The notes below the pieces were generated by a model, which was not told the DNA's origin, made no database searches, and saw nothing but the letters and a program-made list of their open reading frames with translations. This document shows, one piece after another, positions 36,758 to 46,370 of a DNA stretch of 64,000 bases (position 1 is the stretch's first letter; every line of letters begins with the position of its first letter). Source of the DNA: Gemmatimonadota bacterium. Its GTDB lineage: Bacteria; Gemmatimonadota; Gemmatimonadetes; Palauibacterales; Palauibacteraceae. The stretch covers positions 2,208,001 to 2,272,000 of the forward strand of contig OY762926.1 of assembly GCA_963666735.1 (NCBI GenBank), in the 5' to 3' direction. Made by a program: the position numbers and the translations under genes.

Positions 36758-37899
36758 GGGCGCTACTCGCGGCCGCGGCTCTGGCGTTCTCCGCTCCGCT
36801 GTCAGCCCAGGGAGGGCCCGAGATCGAGATCGCGGAACCCTTCAAGGTGGGGACGTTCGAGATCGACGGCGTTCCGCGCGTGGCTCTCGTGCTGCGAGAC
36901 GCTCTCATCGTCGACATCGAGCAGGCGAACCGGGACCTCGAGCGAAACCCTACGTATCCGCCCGTTCCGCCGCCGGCGGACATGATCGACCTCATCGGCC
37001 GCTACGAGTACGGTGTTCGGCTCCGCCTGTACGAGATCGTCAACGACCTCGCGGCCCGAGGCGGGCTGTCGGGGAGCGGCAGAGCCGACTTCGTCCACGA
37101 CCTCGGCGACGTGCGGATCCTCCCGCCCATCATGTACCCCGGAAAGATCCTGAACGCGGCGGTGAACTTCTACAGCCACGTCAACGAGGCGGGCTCCGAG
37201 GAGGACCGACGCGAAGCCCGCCGCCAGCGGCGTGAGAACCGCGGCGTGCCCTATCTCTTCCTCAAGCCCACGCGCGGCGCCGTGATCGGAGCCGACGACC
37301 GGATCGTGATCCCCTTCGGCCGGGACCGCACGGACTGGGAGGTGGAACTCGGCGCCGTGATCGGGCGCAGCGCCAAGTACGTGGACGCCCGGGACGCCGA
37401 GGACCACGTGTTCGGGTACATGGTGACGATCGACGTTTCCGACCGCGGCGGACGGCCGCCCGGCGGCAATCCCATGACCTCCGACTGGTTCGTCGGAAAG
37501 GGCCACGACACGTTCGCGCCCATGGGTCCGTGGATCATCCCCAAGGAGTTCTACGGCGACCCGATGGAGAAGCTGCGCCAGACGCTGGACGTCGGCGAGG
37601 AGCGCATGCAGGAGGCGACCGCGGGAGACATGATCCACACGCTGTGGGAGTTGATCGAGTATGGGTCCTCGGTCGCGACGCTGTTCCCGGGGGACGTGAT
37701 CAACAACGGCACCTCGGGCGGCGTGGGCATGGGCACCGCGGTTCGCGGCGAGACGCGATTCCTGCAGCCCGGCGAGGTCGTCAGCGCTTCGATCGACGGC
37801 ATCGGCACGCTGACGCTCGAGGTGGTGGCCGAGACGGAGCCGGCGGGCGGAACCGGCGCCCGGCTACCGCCCGTCCGCAGCTACCGCGGCAACCGCTAG
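36754..37899 (+). CDS. Secreted FAH-family protein, paralog 2
   Basis: Same motifs as paralog 1; ATGA overlap; signal peptide MRALLAAAALAFSAPLSA. Confidence 0.9.
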   Translation: MRALLAAAALAFSAPLSAQGGPEIEIAEPFKVGTFEIDGVPRVALVLRDALIVDIEQANRDLERNPTYPPVPPPADMIDLIGRYEYGVRLRLYEIVNDLAARGGLSGSGRADFVHDLGDVRILPPIMYPGKILNAAVNFYSHVNEAGSEEDRREARRQRRENRGVPYLFLKPTRGAVIGADDRIVIPFGRDRTDWEVELGAVIGRSAKYVDARDAEDHVFGYMVTIDVSDRGGRPPGGNPMTSDWFVGKGHDTFAPMGPWIIPKEFYGDPMEKLRQTLDVGEERMQEATAGDMIHTLWELIEYGSSVATLFPGDVINNGTSGGVGMGTAVRGETRFLQPGEVVSASIDGIGTLTLEVVAETEPAGGTGARLPPVRSYRGNR

Positions 37900-37938
37900 C
37901 CCGGCCGGGACGGCGGCAACTCACGCCCGCGGCGGCGG

Positions 37939-39306
37939 ATGACGCCCAAGCCCGCCCTGGGGTTGTGGATGTGCACGGCCCTGGTAGTCGGGAGCATGGT
38001 GGGCTCGGGCGTCTTTCTGCTGCCCGCCTCGCTCTCCCCGTACGGGGGAATCAGCATCCTCGGCTGGCTGGTGAGCGCCGGCGGGGCCATGTGCCTGGCA
38101 CTCGTGATGGCGCGGCTGGGCACGTTGATTCCGAAGGTCGGCGGCCCCTACGCCTTCGCGCGCGAGGGCTTCGGCGACTTCGTCGGATTCTGGGTCGCGT
38201 GGTCCTACTGGATCTCGCTGCTCACCGCCAATGCGGCCCTCGCCGTGGCGACCGTGAGCTACGCGACCGTCTTCTGGCCCGGGCTGGGCGCTTCTCCCGT
38301 CGCCGGGGGCATTGCGTCCCTCGCAGCCCTCTGGGGCCTGACGTTCGTGAACGCCTGGGGCGTGCGCGCGGCGGGTCACGTGCAACTCGTCACCACCGTG
38401 CTCAAGCTCCTGCCGCTGGCGGCGGTCGGCACCATCGGCTTCCTCTACTTCCAGCCCGAGCACTTCCGGCCCTTCAACCCCGCGGGAGGGAGTCCGCTCG
38501 CCGCCATCACGGCGACGGTGACGCTCACGCTCTGGGCCTTCATGGGACTCGAAGCCGCGACGGTTCCCGCGGCCGATGTGCGGGACCCGGCGCGGACGAT
38601 CCCGCGGGCCACGATCCTCGGCACCGTGATCGCGGCATCGATCTTCATCATCAGCACCTCCGCCGTGATGGGGATCATCGCGCCGGCGGACCTCGCCGTC
38701 TCGACCGCGCCCTTCGCGGACGCAGCCGGATCGATCTGGGGGAATGCCGGCCGGCTCGTGATCGGCGCGGGCGCCACGATCGCCTGCTTCGGCGCGCTCA
38801 ACGGCTGGATCCTGCTCTCCGGCCAGCTACCGCGCGCGGCCGCGCAGGATGGCCTCCTTCCGGCCGCCTTCGCCCGCCTCGGTCCGCGCGGCACGCCCTC
38901 CTTCGGGCTCATCTTCGCGGCGAGCGTTGCGACGGTCCTCATCGCCATGAACTACACGCGCGGCCTCGTCCAGGCCTTCACGTTCCTCATTCTGCTGTCC
39001 ACGCTCGCGACGCTGCTCGCCTACGTGTTCGCGAGCACGACCGCCCTGCTCTTCGCCCTGCGCGAGCGCTCCGCCACAAGGGACGCCTCGCGCGCGGCGC
39101 AGACCCCCGGCGGCACGGCCCCCGTGGGGCGGCTGGTCGTGGCCATCCTCGCCTTCGGGTTTTCCTTCTGGGCCATCGCGGGGGCGGGCCCCGACATCGT
39201 GTTTTGGGGCTTCCTCCTCCTCGTGGCGGGCGTCCCCGTGTTTGTCGTAATGCGGGCCCGGGGCGGGGGAAGCGACGAGGCAGGCAAGCAGGTCGAGGGC
39301 GGCTGA
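37939..39306 (+). CDS. APC-family amino acid permease
   Basis: GSMVGSGVF.LP, GGPYAF, LWAFMGLE and about 12 hydrophobic segments. Confidence 0.92.
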   Translation: MTPKPALGLWMCTALVVGSMVGSGVFLLPASLSPYGGISILGWLVSAGGAMCLALVMARLGTLIPKVGGPYAFAREGFGDFVGFWVAWSYWISLLTANAALAVATVSYATVFWPGLGASPVAGGIASLAALWGLTFVNAWGVRAAGHVQLVTTVLKLLPLAAVGTIGFLYFQPEHFRPFNPAGGSPLAAITATVTLTLWAFMGLEAATVPAADVRDPARTIPRATILGTVIAASIFIISTSAVMGIIAPADLAVSTAPFADAAGSIWGNAGRLVIGAGATIACFGALNGWILLSGQLPRAAAQDGLLPAAFARLGPRGTPSFGLIFAASVATVLIAMNYTRGLVQAFTFLILLSTLATLLAYVFASTTALLFALRERSATRDASRAAQTPGGTAPVGRLVVAILAFGFSFWAIAGAGPDIVFWGFLLLVAGVPVFVVMRARGGGSDEAGKQVEGG

Positions 39307-39313
39307 GCCCCGC

Positions 39314-39844
39314 TCAATCCCCTGTCGCCGCGCGCTCCAGAATCCGGAGGAATTCGTCCAGCGCGGTGCGGCCCTTGTCCCGGGCGTAGTAGCGGCGCAC
39401 TTCACGATACCGGTCCGCCGGATCCAGCTTCATCCCCTCCGTCATCACCCACTCCTGGATCGGCGCCGGCCGGGGGCCCCACCACCCGCGCTCGCGGAAC
39501 GACTCGTCGTAGATGATGAGGACCGGAATGGACCGGCTCGTCCCGTTCGTCAGATGGGCGTCCATCAGATCCGGGTTTTCGTCCCGCGGGAGGACGCGCA
39601 GTTCGATGTTCCCGGCCGCCTCGGCCAGCCGGTCGAACACGGGGAGGGTGTTGATCGCGTCGCCGCACCAATCCTCGGTGAGGGCGACGACGCTCCAGAC
39701 GCCGTCGATGGCGCGGGCGCGCTCCAGCGTTCCTTCGTCCACGGCTGCGCGGCGGGCCAGCGCGTGCCACAGTTCGCGGTTCTTCTCGACCGTCTCCAGG
39801 TACTCGGAGAACGTCGATGCGTGGCTAAATCGCTCTCGATTCAA
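39314..39844 (-). CDS. Thioredoxin-like protein (Thioredoxin_9 type)
   Basis: EDWCGDA, RDEN.DLMD.HLTNG..SIP and WGPRP. Confidence 0.88.
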   Translation of the reverse strand: MNRERFSHASTFSEYLETVEKNRELWHALARRAAVDEGTLERARAIDGVWSVVALTEDWCGDAINTLPVFDRLAEAAGNIELRVLPRDENPDLMDAHLTNGTSRSIPVLIIYDESFRERGWWGPRPAPIQEWVMTEGMKLDPADRYREVRRYYARDKGRTALDEFLRILERAATGD

Positions 39845-39948
39845 GCTCGGGATGCCTCGTGCCGCGGTTCATGCCGGGGCGGCGGGGCCGGCGATGCCGA
39901 CGGCGCCGCGGCCAGCGAAGGTACCGGTGCCGCCGTAGCTTCAGCCAG

Positions 39949-40875
39949 ATGAACGGATGGCTGCAGACCGAAGCGAGGTTCGGCGTCGCCAGCATGGTGG
40001 CGCCGCTTCGGCGCGTGGCGATGCGCCGGCCGGGCCGGTCGACGCTGGCGGCGGATCCGGCGCGCTGGCACTACGCGGAGCCGATCGACCCCGGCCGGCT
40101 GCTCCGCCAGTACGACGCGTTCGCGGCGTGCGTCGCGGCCTCGGGCGCCGAGATCGAGTGGATCGGCGGCGCGGGGGACGACGGACTCGCCGATGCGATC
40201 TTCCCCTTCGACCCTTCCTTCATGACCTCCGGCGGCGCGATCCTGTTGCGGCCCGGGAAGGCACTGCGGCAGCCGGAAGTGGCAAGCCACGAGGCGCTCT
40301 ACCGGCGGCTCGGCGTGCCGGTGATCGGCGCTATCGAAACCCCGGGAACCGCGGAGGGCGGGGACTTCCTGTGGATCGACGACGCCACCCTCGCCGTGGG
40401 CCGCGGCTTTCGCACGAACCAGGCCGGCATCGACCAGCTCCGCGACTTCCTGTCGCCGCTCGGCATCGAAGTCCGCGCCTTCGATCTCCCGATGTGGCAG
40501 GGAAGCGCCGCCTGCCTTCACCTCCTCTCGCTCGTCAGCCCGCTGGACCGCGATCTGGCGCTCATCTACCCGCAGCTCTTCCCGGTCGCGCTCCACCAGT
40601 CGATGCGGGAGCGCGGAATCCAGCTTCTGGAAGCGGGAGATGAGGAGTTCCGCGCCTCCCGCGGCCTGAACCTCAACGTCCTCGCGACGGCCCCGCGGCG
40701 CTGCATCGCCCTCGACGGCTTCCCCGATACCGTCCGACTCATGGAAGAGGCGGGTTGCGAAGTCACCTGTTTCAACGGGGACGCGCTCTGCATCCCCTGC
40801 GAGGGCGGGCCAACCTGTCTCACCCTTCCCATCCTCCGAGATCATCGATCCCCCGCACCGGGAACGATCCCATGA
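39949..40875 (+). CDS. Amidinotransferase / DDAH / arginine deiminase superfamily enzyme
   Basis: F.FD, R..E, EGGD, RTN, LHL.S, N.LA and GGPTCLT (catalytic Cys). Confidence 0.88.
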   Translation: MNGWLQTEARFGVASMVAPLRRVAMRRPGRSTLAADPARWHYAEPIDPGRLLRQYDAFAACVAASGAEIEWIGGAGDDGLADAIFPFDPSFMTSGGAILLRPGKALRQPEVASHEALYRRLGVPVIGAIETPGTAEGGDFLWIDDATLAVGRGFRTNQAGIDQLRDFLSPLGIEVRAFDLPMWQGSAACLHLLSLVSPLDRDLALIYPQLFPVALHQSMRERGIQLLEAGDEEFRASRGLNLNVLATAPRRCIALDGFPDTVRLMEEAGCEVTCFNGDALCIPCEGGPTCLTLPILRDHRSPAPGTIP

Positions 40876-41411
40876 ATCGCACCTTGAAGCGCATCATCAT
40901 CGGCATGCTCATCGTCATCGCGGGCCTGATCGGCGTCGTCTACGGCGTCGGCAGCGCCCTGCCGCAGGATCACGTGGCGGCGGTGCGCGCCGGGTTCTCT
41001 ACCTCGCCGGAGGAGGTCTTCGCGACCGTTGCCAACTACCGGGCGTATCCCGAATGGCGACCGGCCGTCGAAGGCATCGAGGAACTGCCGGCGCGGGACG
41101 GAAAGCCGGCCTGGGTGGAACTCGGCGCCACCGGACCGCTTCCCATGGAGTTGACGGAGAGCGAGCCTCCGACCCGGCTCGTGGCGACGATTCTCTCGGA
41201 GGGCATGCCCTTTGGCGGCCGCTGGATCTTCGAGATCGAACCCGCCGCCGCGGGAGCGACCGTCACGATCACCGAGGAGGGCGAGGTCTACAACCCGGTC
41301 TTCCGCTTCGTGAGCCGCTACCTCATGGGGCACCACGCCACCGCGTCGCTCTTCCTCTCCGACCTCGGCGCCCGCTTCGACGAGAACGTCACCGTCGACG
41401 TGGTTCGTTAG
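40872..41411 (+). CDS. SRPBCC-family protein with N-terminal membrane anchor
   Basis: PEEVF......YPEWR, FGGRW.F and ITEEGEVYNP.FRF. Confidence 0.85.
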   Translation: MNRTLKRIIIGMLIVIAGLIGVVYGVGSALPQDHVAAVRAGFSTSPEEVFATVANYRAYPEWRPAVEGIEELPARDGKPAWVELGATGPLPMELTESEPPTRLVATILSEGMPFGGRWIFEIEPAAAGATVTITEEGEVYNPVFRFVSRYLMGHHATASLFLSDLGARFDENVTVDVVR

Positions 41412-41412
41412 C

Positions 41413-41469
41413 GTCGGCCGACCCCGTCAGCCGACCCCGCCAGCCGACCAGCCGACCCCGTCAGCCGAC
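41413..41469. repeat. Short degenerate tandem repeats (GTCAGCCGACCCC-like) between convergent genes
   Basis: GCCGAC core repeated five times; the last copy is the 3' end of the MarC gene. Confidence 0.7.
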
Positions 41470-42078
41470 GAAGAACTCCCGGACGCCGCTGAGGCACATC
41501 TGGCAGCCGATGGCGAGCAGGATCAGGCCCGAGAAGCGCTCGAAGATCCGCACCGCCCGGCGGCTCAGCGCGTGCGAGAGGAAGCCGGCCGCCAGGAGCA
41601 CCGCGAGCACGCCCACCGATGCGACCAGCACCGCAATGAGCGTGGCGACGGGAATCCCGATCAACACGCCGGCCTCGTCGAGCGCCAGCGTGATCACGGC
41701 GGTGATCGACGCCGGCCCCGCGATCAGCGGCATGACGAGCGGAACCCAGAGGTGGTCCTCCGTCTCGCCCGGATCCCGGCGCACGCCCGTAATCCCGAAC
41801 CCCGCCCCGCGGAGCATCTCGAGCGCGGCGAGGATGACGACGAGGCCGCCGGCGGTCCGGAACGCGGCAAAACTCACGTCGAAGAGCTCCAGGATGCGCG
41901 CGCCGGCGACCGCGGCGACGGTGAGTACGATGAGCACTCCCACCGCCACCTTCACGGCCGCGCGCCGGAGTTCCACGCGCGAAAACCCGTCCGTCGCCGC
42001 GAAGAAGAACGGAAGCTCGGCGAGCGGATTCGTGAGCGCGATGAGCGCAATGCAGCCGTAGAGAATCTGGTCGATCAC
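41461..42078 (-). CDS. MarC-family membrane protein
   Basis: NPL...P.F, AFR.AGG, VPL.MPLIAGP.SI and R..GLILLAI. Confidence 0.92.
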   Translation of the reverse strand: MIDQILYGCIALIALTNPLAELPFFFAATDGFSRVELRRAAVKVAVGVLIVLTVAAVAGARILELFDVSFAAFRTAGGLVVILAALEMLRGAGFGITGVRRDPGETEDHLWVPLVMPLIAGPASITAVITLALDEAGVLIGIPVATLIAVLVASVGVLAVLLAAGFLSHALSRRAVRIFERFSGLILLAIGCQMCLSGVREFFVG

Positions 42079-42197
42079 GGGGACACGATATTCCCGCCCG
42101 GCCGCCCGCGCGACCTTCGCACCCGTGGCCTGAACCGCAGGAGCCCCGCATGTTGGCAGGGTTCCAGAAACCTGTCGTCCGGATTCCGGGGGAAGCC

Positions 42198-43649
42198 ATG
42201 AAACGCCTCACATTCGCGGCCATCGCGCTCGTCCTTCTCGCACCGGCAGCCGGCGCTGCCCAGCAGGAGCGGTCCTACGATTACTTCGCTCCGCAGCGGG
42301 AGATGATCCAGCGCGGCGTCCAGGCCATCCTCCAGTGCAACGGCCTGTTCACGGGAGACCGGACGCTGGAGCAGGTCTTCGAGCAGGAACTCGCCTACCT
42401 TCGCGACCCGGTCGGGACGGCCGAGGGCGGCGACTACGTCGTGGACTGGGAGAGAAAGGCCGTCGCCATCGGCGAGCCCGGTGCGATTCCGACCATGAGG
42501 GCGGCGTTCCGCGAGGGGATCGGGTGCGTGATCCTGTCGCCGGACCAGACCTTCGACGACATCGGCGACCTGCCGGTCCTGGACACGCCGCCGCTGGTCG
42601 GCGACCCCTCGGCCGTGGCGTGGCCCGACGGCGATCTCGTCCAGAGCCGCCCGCTCCCGGCCGGCGTCGACCCGGGAGCCCTCCAGGCCGCCTCCGACTG
42701 GACCTTCGACCGCGAGTCCCCGGAGCAGGTGACGCTCAGCTTCATCGTCGTGCACGACGGCCGGATCATCCACGAGCGCTACGCGCCCGGCATCGACATG
42801 TTCACGAAGACCCGCACGTGGTCGACCGCAAAGAGCATCGCCTCGACGCTGATCGGCATGCTCGTGGACGAGGGCAAGCTGGCGCTCGACGAGCCCCTGC
42901 CCTTCGACTGGCTGCCCGGGAACGCGGGATCCGCGGAGACCGACCCCCGGCGCGAAATCACCCTCCGTCACGCACTCAACATGTCCAGCGGACTCTATCC
43001 CGTGGACAGCTGGGGGATGGAGTACGCGACCGGCTCCGGCTTCTCCTACTGGGCGGGCGCGAGTTCGGTGGACGGGGCGCGCAACCGCACGCTCATGCGA
43101 GAGCCCGGCACGTTCTGGGACTACGAGAACTACGATACGCTGCTCGGAGTGTACGCGATGAAGCAGGCGATCGGCGACCCGCAGGCCTACCTCGAGTTCC
43201 CGCGGGAACGTCTTCTCGACCGCATCGGGATGCGGAACACGTTCCTCAGCACCGACCGCTTCGGCGACTTCATCATGAGCAGCCAGGTCTACACGACGGC
43301 CCGGGATCTGGCCCGCTTCGGGCTGCTCTACGCGCAGAACGGAATGTGGAAGGACGAGCGCCTGATCTCCGAGGAGTGGATCGACTTCGTGCGGACGCCG
43401 GCCCCCGCCACGTCCGAGACGGGCAACTTCTACGGCGGCCAGTTCTGGCTCGTGCCCGACGGCCGCACGGACGTGCCGAAGGGCGCTTACTCCACCGCCG
43501 GCAACCGCGGCCAGTTCGTCGTCATCGTCCCGTCGCACGACGTCGTCATCGTCCGGCGCGGGCTCGACTACGGCCGGCAGGGCTTCGACCGCTGGGACAT
43601 GACGCGGGAGGTGCTCAAGGCGTTCGAACCCGTAGCCACGAACCCGTAG
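42198..43649 (+). CDS. Secreted class C beta-lactamase-like serine hydrolase
   Basis: Signal peptide; WSTAKS (SxxK), LNMSSGL, WDYEN, ARDLARFG and GNRGQ. Confidence 0.9.
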   Translation: MKRLTFAAIALVLLAPAAGAAQQERSYDYFAPQREMIQRGVQAILQCNGLFTGDRTLEQVFEQELAYLRDPVGTAEGGDYVVDWERKAVAIGEPGAIPTMRAAFREGIGCVILSPDQTFDDIGDLPVLDTPPLVGDPSAVAWPDGDLVQSRPLPAGVDPGALQAASDWTFDRESPEQVTLSFIVVHDGRIIHERYAPGIDMFTKTRTWSTAKSIASTLIGMLVDEGKLALDEPLPFDWLPGNAGSAETDPRREITLRHALNMSSGLYPVDSWGMEYATGSGFSYWAGASSVDGARNRTLMREPGTFWDYENYDTLLGVYAMKQAIGDPQAYLEFPRERLLDRIGMRNTFLSTDRFGDFIMSSQVYTTARDLARFGLLYAQNGMWKDERLISEEWIDFVRTPAPATSETGNFYGGQFWLVPDGRTDVPKGAYSTAGNRGQFVVIVPSHDVVIVRRGLDYGRQGFDRWDMTREVLKAFEPVATNP

Positions 43650-43767
43650 CGAGAGTTTTTCGCTTGATGTCGAGTTGCGATCAGAGGGCAAGCTGGCGAA
43701 CCGTAACCCCCGGCGGCACCTTGGCGCGGAACTTCATTCAGACAATTGGGTTCGGGACGACCGTAAC

Positions 43768-44871
43768 ATGATCCGCAGACTAAAGTTGGAGAACTACCGC
43801 AGCTTCGAGTCCTACAAGCTCGAGGATCTTGCCCGCGTCAACCTCTTGGTCGGACCTAACAACTGTGGCAAGACCTCGATCCTCGAAGCCGCCCATTTCC
43901 TGGCAGTACAGGGTGACCCACGTGCCTTGGTCCACTCCACGTACCGCCGCGGCGAGGTGCTCCCGTCAAGGAGTCACGATGGTACCGAGGATCACAGGAC
44001 ACGCGAACCCTACGACCTTTCTCATCAGTTCCATGGACATCGTTTCGACGTGGGGACCTCTTTCCAGATCTCGTCCGACGATGAACTCGGAAATGTTGCC
44101 GTAACGATTCGGCAGGCTGAGGATGGACAAGCAGAAGATCTCTTCAACATCGAGACCGGTCGCACACAGAGCCTCGTCCTTCGAATCGAGAGTCCTTCGC
44201 AAGGCAACTTCGATCTCGCCGTCAACGACGATGGCTCGTTTACGTGGAACCCTCGCGCACTCCGGAAAGCGGCGGCAAACGCCCCGACGGCGACCCGGCC
44301 GGTTCAGTTCCTGGAAGTCGACTCGCTTGAGCCGCGTCTCATGGCTTCGATGTGGGACAACGTACTTGTAGATGGGCGGGAAACTGAAGTCCTTCACGCG
44401 ATGCGCATACTGGAAAGCGAACTGAGTTCGATTCACTTCCTCTCGGGCGACCGGGTGCATCGGTTCAAGGGCTCTCCGGGCATAGTTCTCGGCTTCTCGG
44501 GTCAAAAACGACGCGTACCTCTCGGCAGTTACGGCGACGGCATACGTCGTCTCTTGGGTCTGTCGTTATCTCTCACTCAGCTGCAACATGGGCTGCTGCT
44601 GGCGGATGAGATAGATACGGGACTCCACTGGAAGGTCATGGAAGACATGTGGCGTCTTGTCGTCGAGACAGCATGCGATGCGTCGATCCAGGTGTTCGCG
44701 ACAACACACAGCTACGACTGCGTTCGAGGACTGGATTCGCTACTGGGAGCGAATCCCGAACTAGCAGATCACGTATGTATTCAAAAGATCGAACGGTCGC
44801 TGGACCAAGCTGTGGCTTTTGACGCGGATCGAATAAGGGCGGCCGTGAAGCACGGGATTGAACTCCGGTGA
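43768..44871 (+). CDS. ABC-type ATPase (AAA_15/AAA_21-like)
   Basis: LENYRSF, Walker A GPNNCGKTS, signature-like SYGDG, Walker B LLADEIDTGLH, H-loop TTHS; lower GC than flanks. Confidence 0.92.
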   Translation: MIRRLKLENYRSFESYKLEDLARVNLLVGPNNCGKTSILEAAHFLAVQGDPRALVHSTYRRGEVLPSRSHDGTEDHRTREPYDLSHQFHGHRFDVGTSFQISSDDELGNVAVTIRQAEDGQAEDLFNIETGRTQSLVLRIESPSQGNFDLAVNDDGSFTWNPRALRKAAANAPTATRPVQFLEVDSLEPRLMASMWDNVLVDGRETEVLHAMRILESELSSIHFLSGDRVHRFKGSPGIVLGFSGQKRRVPLGSYGDGIRRLLGLSLSLTQLQHGLLLADEIDTGLHWKVMEDMWRLVVETACDASIQVFATTHSYDCVRGLDSLLGANPELADHVCIQKIERSLDQAVAFDADRIRAAVKHGIELR

Positions 44872-45527
44872 CGCCGGTTATGAGGACCGAACCCTCCATT
44901 TTCGTCGAGGGCAAAGATGATGAGCATGCGATACTCCATCTTGTCATGCGTCACGGGCTCACCAAGGAGACCCTGTCGCGCTTCCCTCGAATCGAACCGT
45001 CGGGTGGGAAGGACGGTGTCCTCGAAGCCATCGAAGCTGCAGTCAGCGCTGGTACGGATCGAACTCTCGGCTTCGTACTTGATGCCGATGAGAACTTGGG
45101 TGACACATGGCGAGCTGTAGCCAGCCGACTCGCGAGAGTCAATGTGCCGGTGCCCGGCGAGATTCCGAAAGAGGGGTTCGTCGATGTGTCCAGCCGGTAT
45201 CGAACCCGGGTCGGTGTTTGGATCATGCCTGACAATGAGCGCGCCGGAGAGTTGGAGGATTTTTTGGAGAGCCTTGTGGATGTCGGGAACCCGTTGCTTC
45301 CGCATGCGCAGGAGTCGACCAACCGCGCGAAGTTGCTTGGCGCCGCCTTTCCCGACGCCAAGACCGGCAAGGCTGTGCTCCACGCGTGGCTTGCTTGGCA
45401 GAATAATCCCGGCCGCCCGTATGGGACGGCGATCAAGAGCGGGTACCTTCGGCACGATAGCGCGGCGGCGGGGCGTTTCGTGGCTTGGTTCCGCCAGCTG
45501 TTCGCCATGGAAGGACCAACGACTTGA
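44868..45527 (+). CDS. DUF3226-like TOPRIM-fold protein
   Basis: FVEGKDD, VLDAD, WIMPDN..GELEDF and KA.LHAWLAWQ..PG; GTGA overlap with the ATPase. Confidence 0.82.
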   Translation: MTPVMRTEPSIFVEGKDDEHAILHLVMRHGLTKETLSRFPRIEPSGGKDGVLEAIEAAVSAGTDRTLGFVLDADENLGDTWRAVASRLARVNVPVPGEIPKEGFVDVSSRYRTRVGVWIMPDNERAGELEDFLESLVDVGNPLLPHAQESTNRAKLLGAAFPDAKTGKAVLHAWLAWQNNPGRPYGTAIKSGYLRHDSAAAGRFVAWFRQLFAMEGPTT

Positions 45528-45561
45528 AGGCTACGGGTCACACAACTCTCTTCGGCGGGGG

Positions 45562-46302
45562 TCAGACCCAGCGGCCGCTGTGGAGTTGGAGGACGAAGGG
45601 GTTGGTGTCGCGTTCCACGCCCACGGTGGTCTCGGGGCCGTGGCCGGGGTAGAGGCGGGTCTCGGGCGGTAGCGTCAGCACCTGCGACCGGATGGACTCC
45701 ATGAGCACGCCGTAGTTCCCGCTCGGGAGATCCGTCCGTCCGATCGACCCGCGGAAGATCACGTCGCCCACGATCGCCACGGGGTGTGACGTGGAGATGA
45801 ACATCACGTGTCCCGGAGCGTGGCCGGGTACGAACGCCACTTCGAACTCCGACCCGCCGAAGGCGATGTTCGTGCCGGGGACCAGGTCGATGTCGGGCGG
45901 CGGCGGCTCCACGCATGGCACCCCGAAGGCGAGGGCCTGGTTCGCCACGTTGTCGTAGAGCGGCCGGTCCAGCGGATGGAGGTAAATGGGCGCCCCGGTC
46001 TCCCCCTTCGCCTCCTTGAGGCCGTCGATGTGATCCACGTGGGCGTGCGTGACGAGGAGCGCCGCGATGTCCAGGTCGCGGGCGCGCGCCTCGGCCAGCG
46101 CCTCCGGCGTCGCGGCTCCGGGGTCGATCAGCAGCCCGGTGCGGCCGTCCTCGCAGACCAGCAGCAGCGTGTTCTGCACGAACGGTCCGCCCGTGAACGT
46201 CAGAATCTCGATCTTTCCCGCTCCATTCGCGCGCGATTGTGCCCGCTTTCGGCCCTCCGAGCGGGTGAGGCGGAGTCTATCCGCGGCGCCGGGGTGCGGC
46301 AA
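45562..46302 (-). CDS. MBL-fold metallo-hydrolase (GloC/YcbL-like)
   Basis: THAHVDH, PGHAPGH, GDVIF.GSIGRTD and PGHG..TT..E...NPF; true start is probably downstream of 46302. Confidence 0.9.
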   Translation of the reverse strand: MPHPGAADRLRLTRSEGRKRAQSRANGAGKIEILTFTGGPFVQNTLLLVCEDGRTGLLIDPGAATPEALAEARARDLDIAALLVTHAHVDHIDGLKEAKGETGAPIYLHPLDRPLYDNVANQALAFGVPCVEPPPPDIDLVPGTNIAFGGSEFEVAFVPGHAPGHVMFISTSHPVAIVGDVIFRGSIGRTDLPSGNYGVLMESIRSQVLTLPPETRLYPGHGPETTVGVERDTNPFVLQLHSGRWV

Positions 46303-46343
46303 CGGATTTGCCCTTCCGGATTTGCCTTCCGGATTTGCCTTTC
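46303..46343. repeat. Three 13-14 bp tandem repeats (CGGATTTGCC(C/T)TTC) in the divergent intergenic region
   Basis: Copies start at 46303, 46317 and 46330. Confidence 0.8.
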
Positions 46344-46370
46344 CCTACGCGCCGGGCGCAGGATTGCGCG

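Noticed and set aside
39314..39844. Thioredoxin with CxxA instead of CxxC
   Set aside because: WCGDA is common in this subfamily, so it is not unusual.
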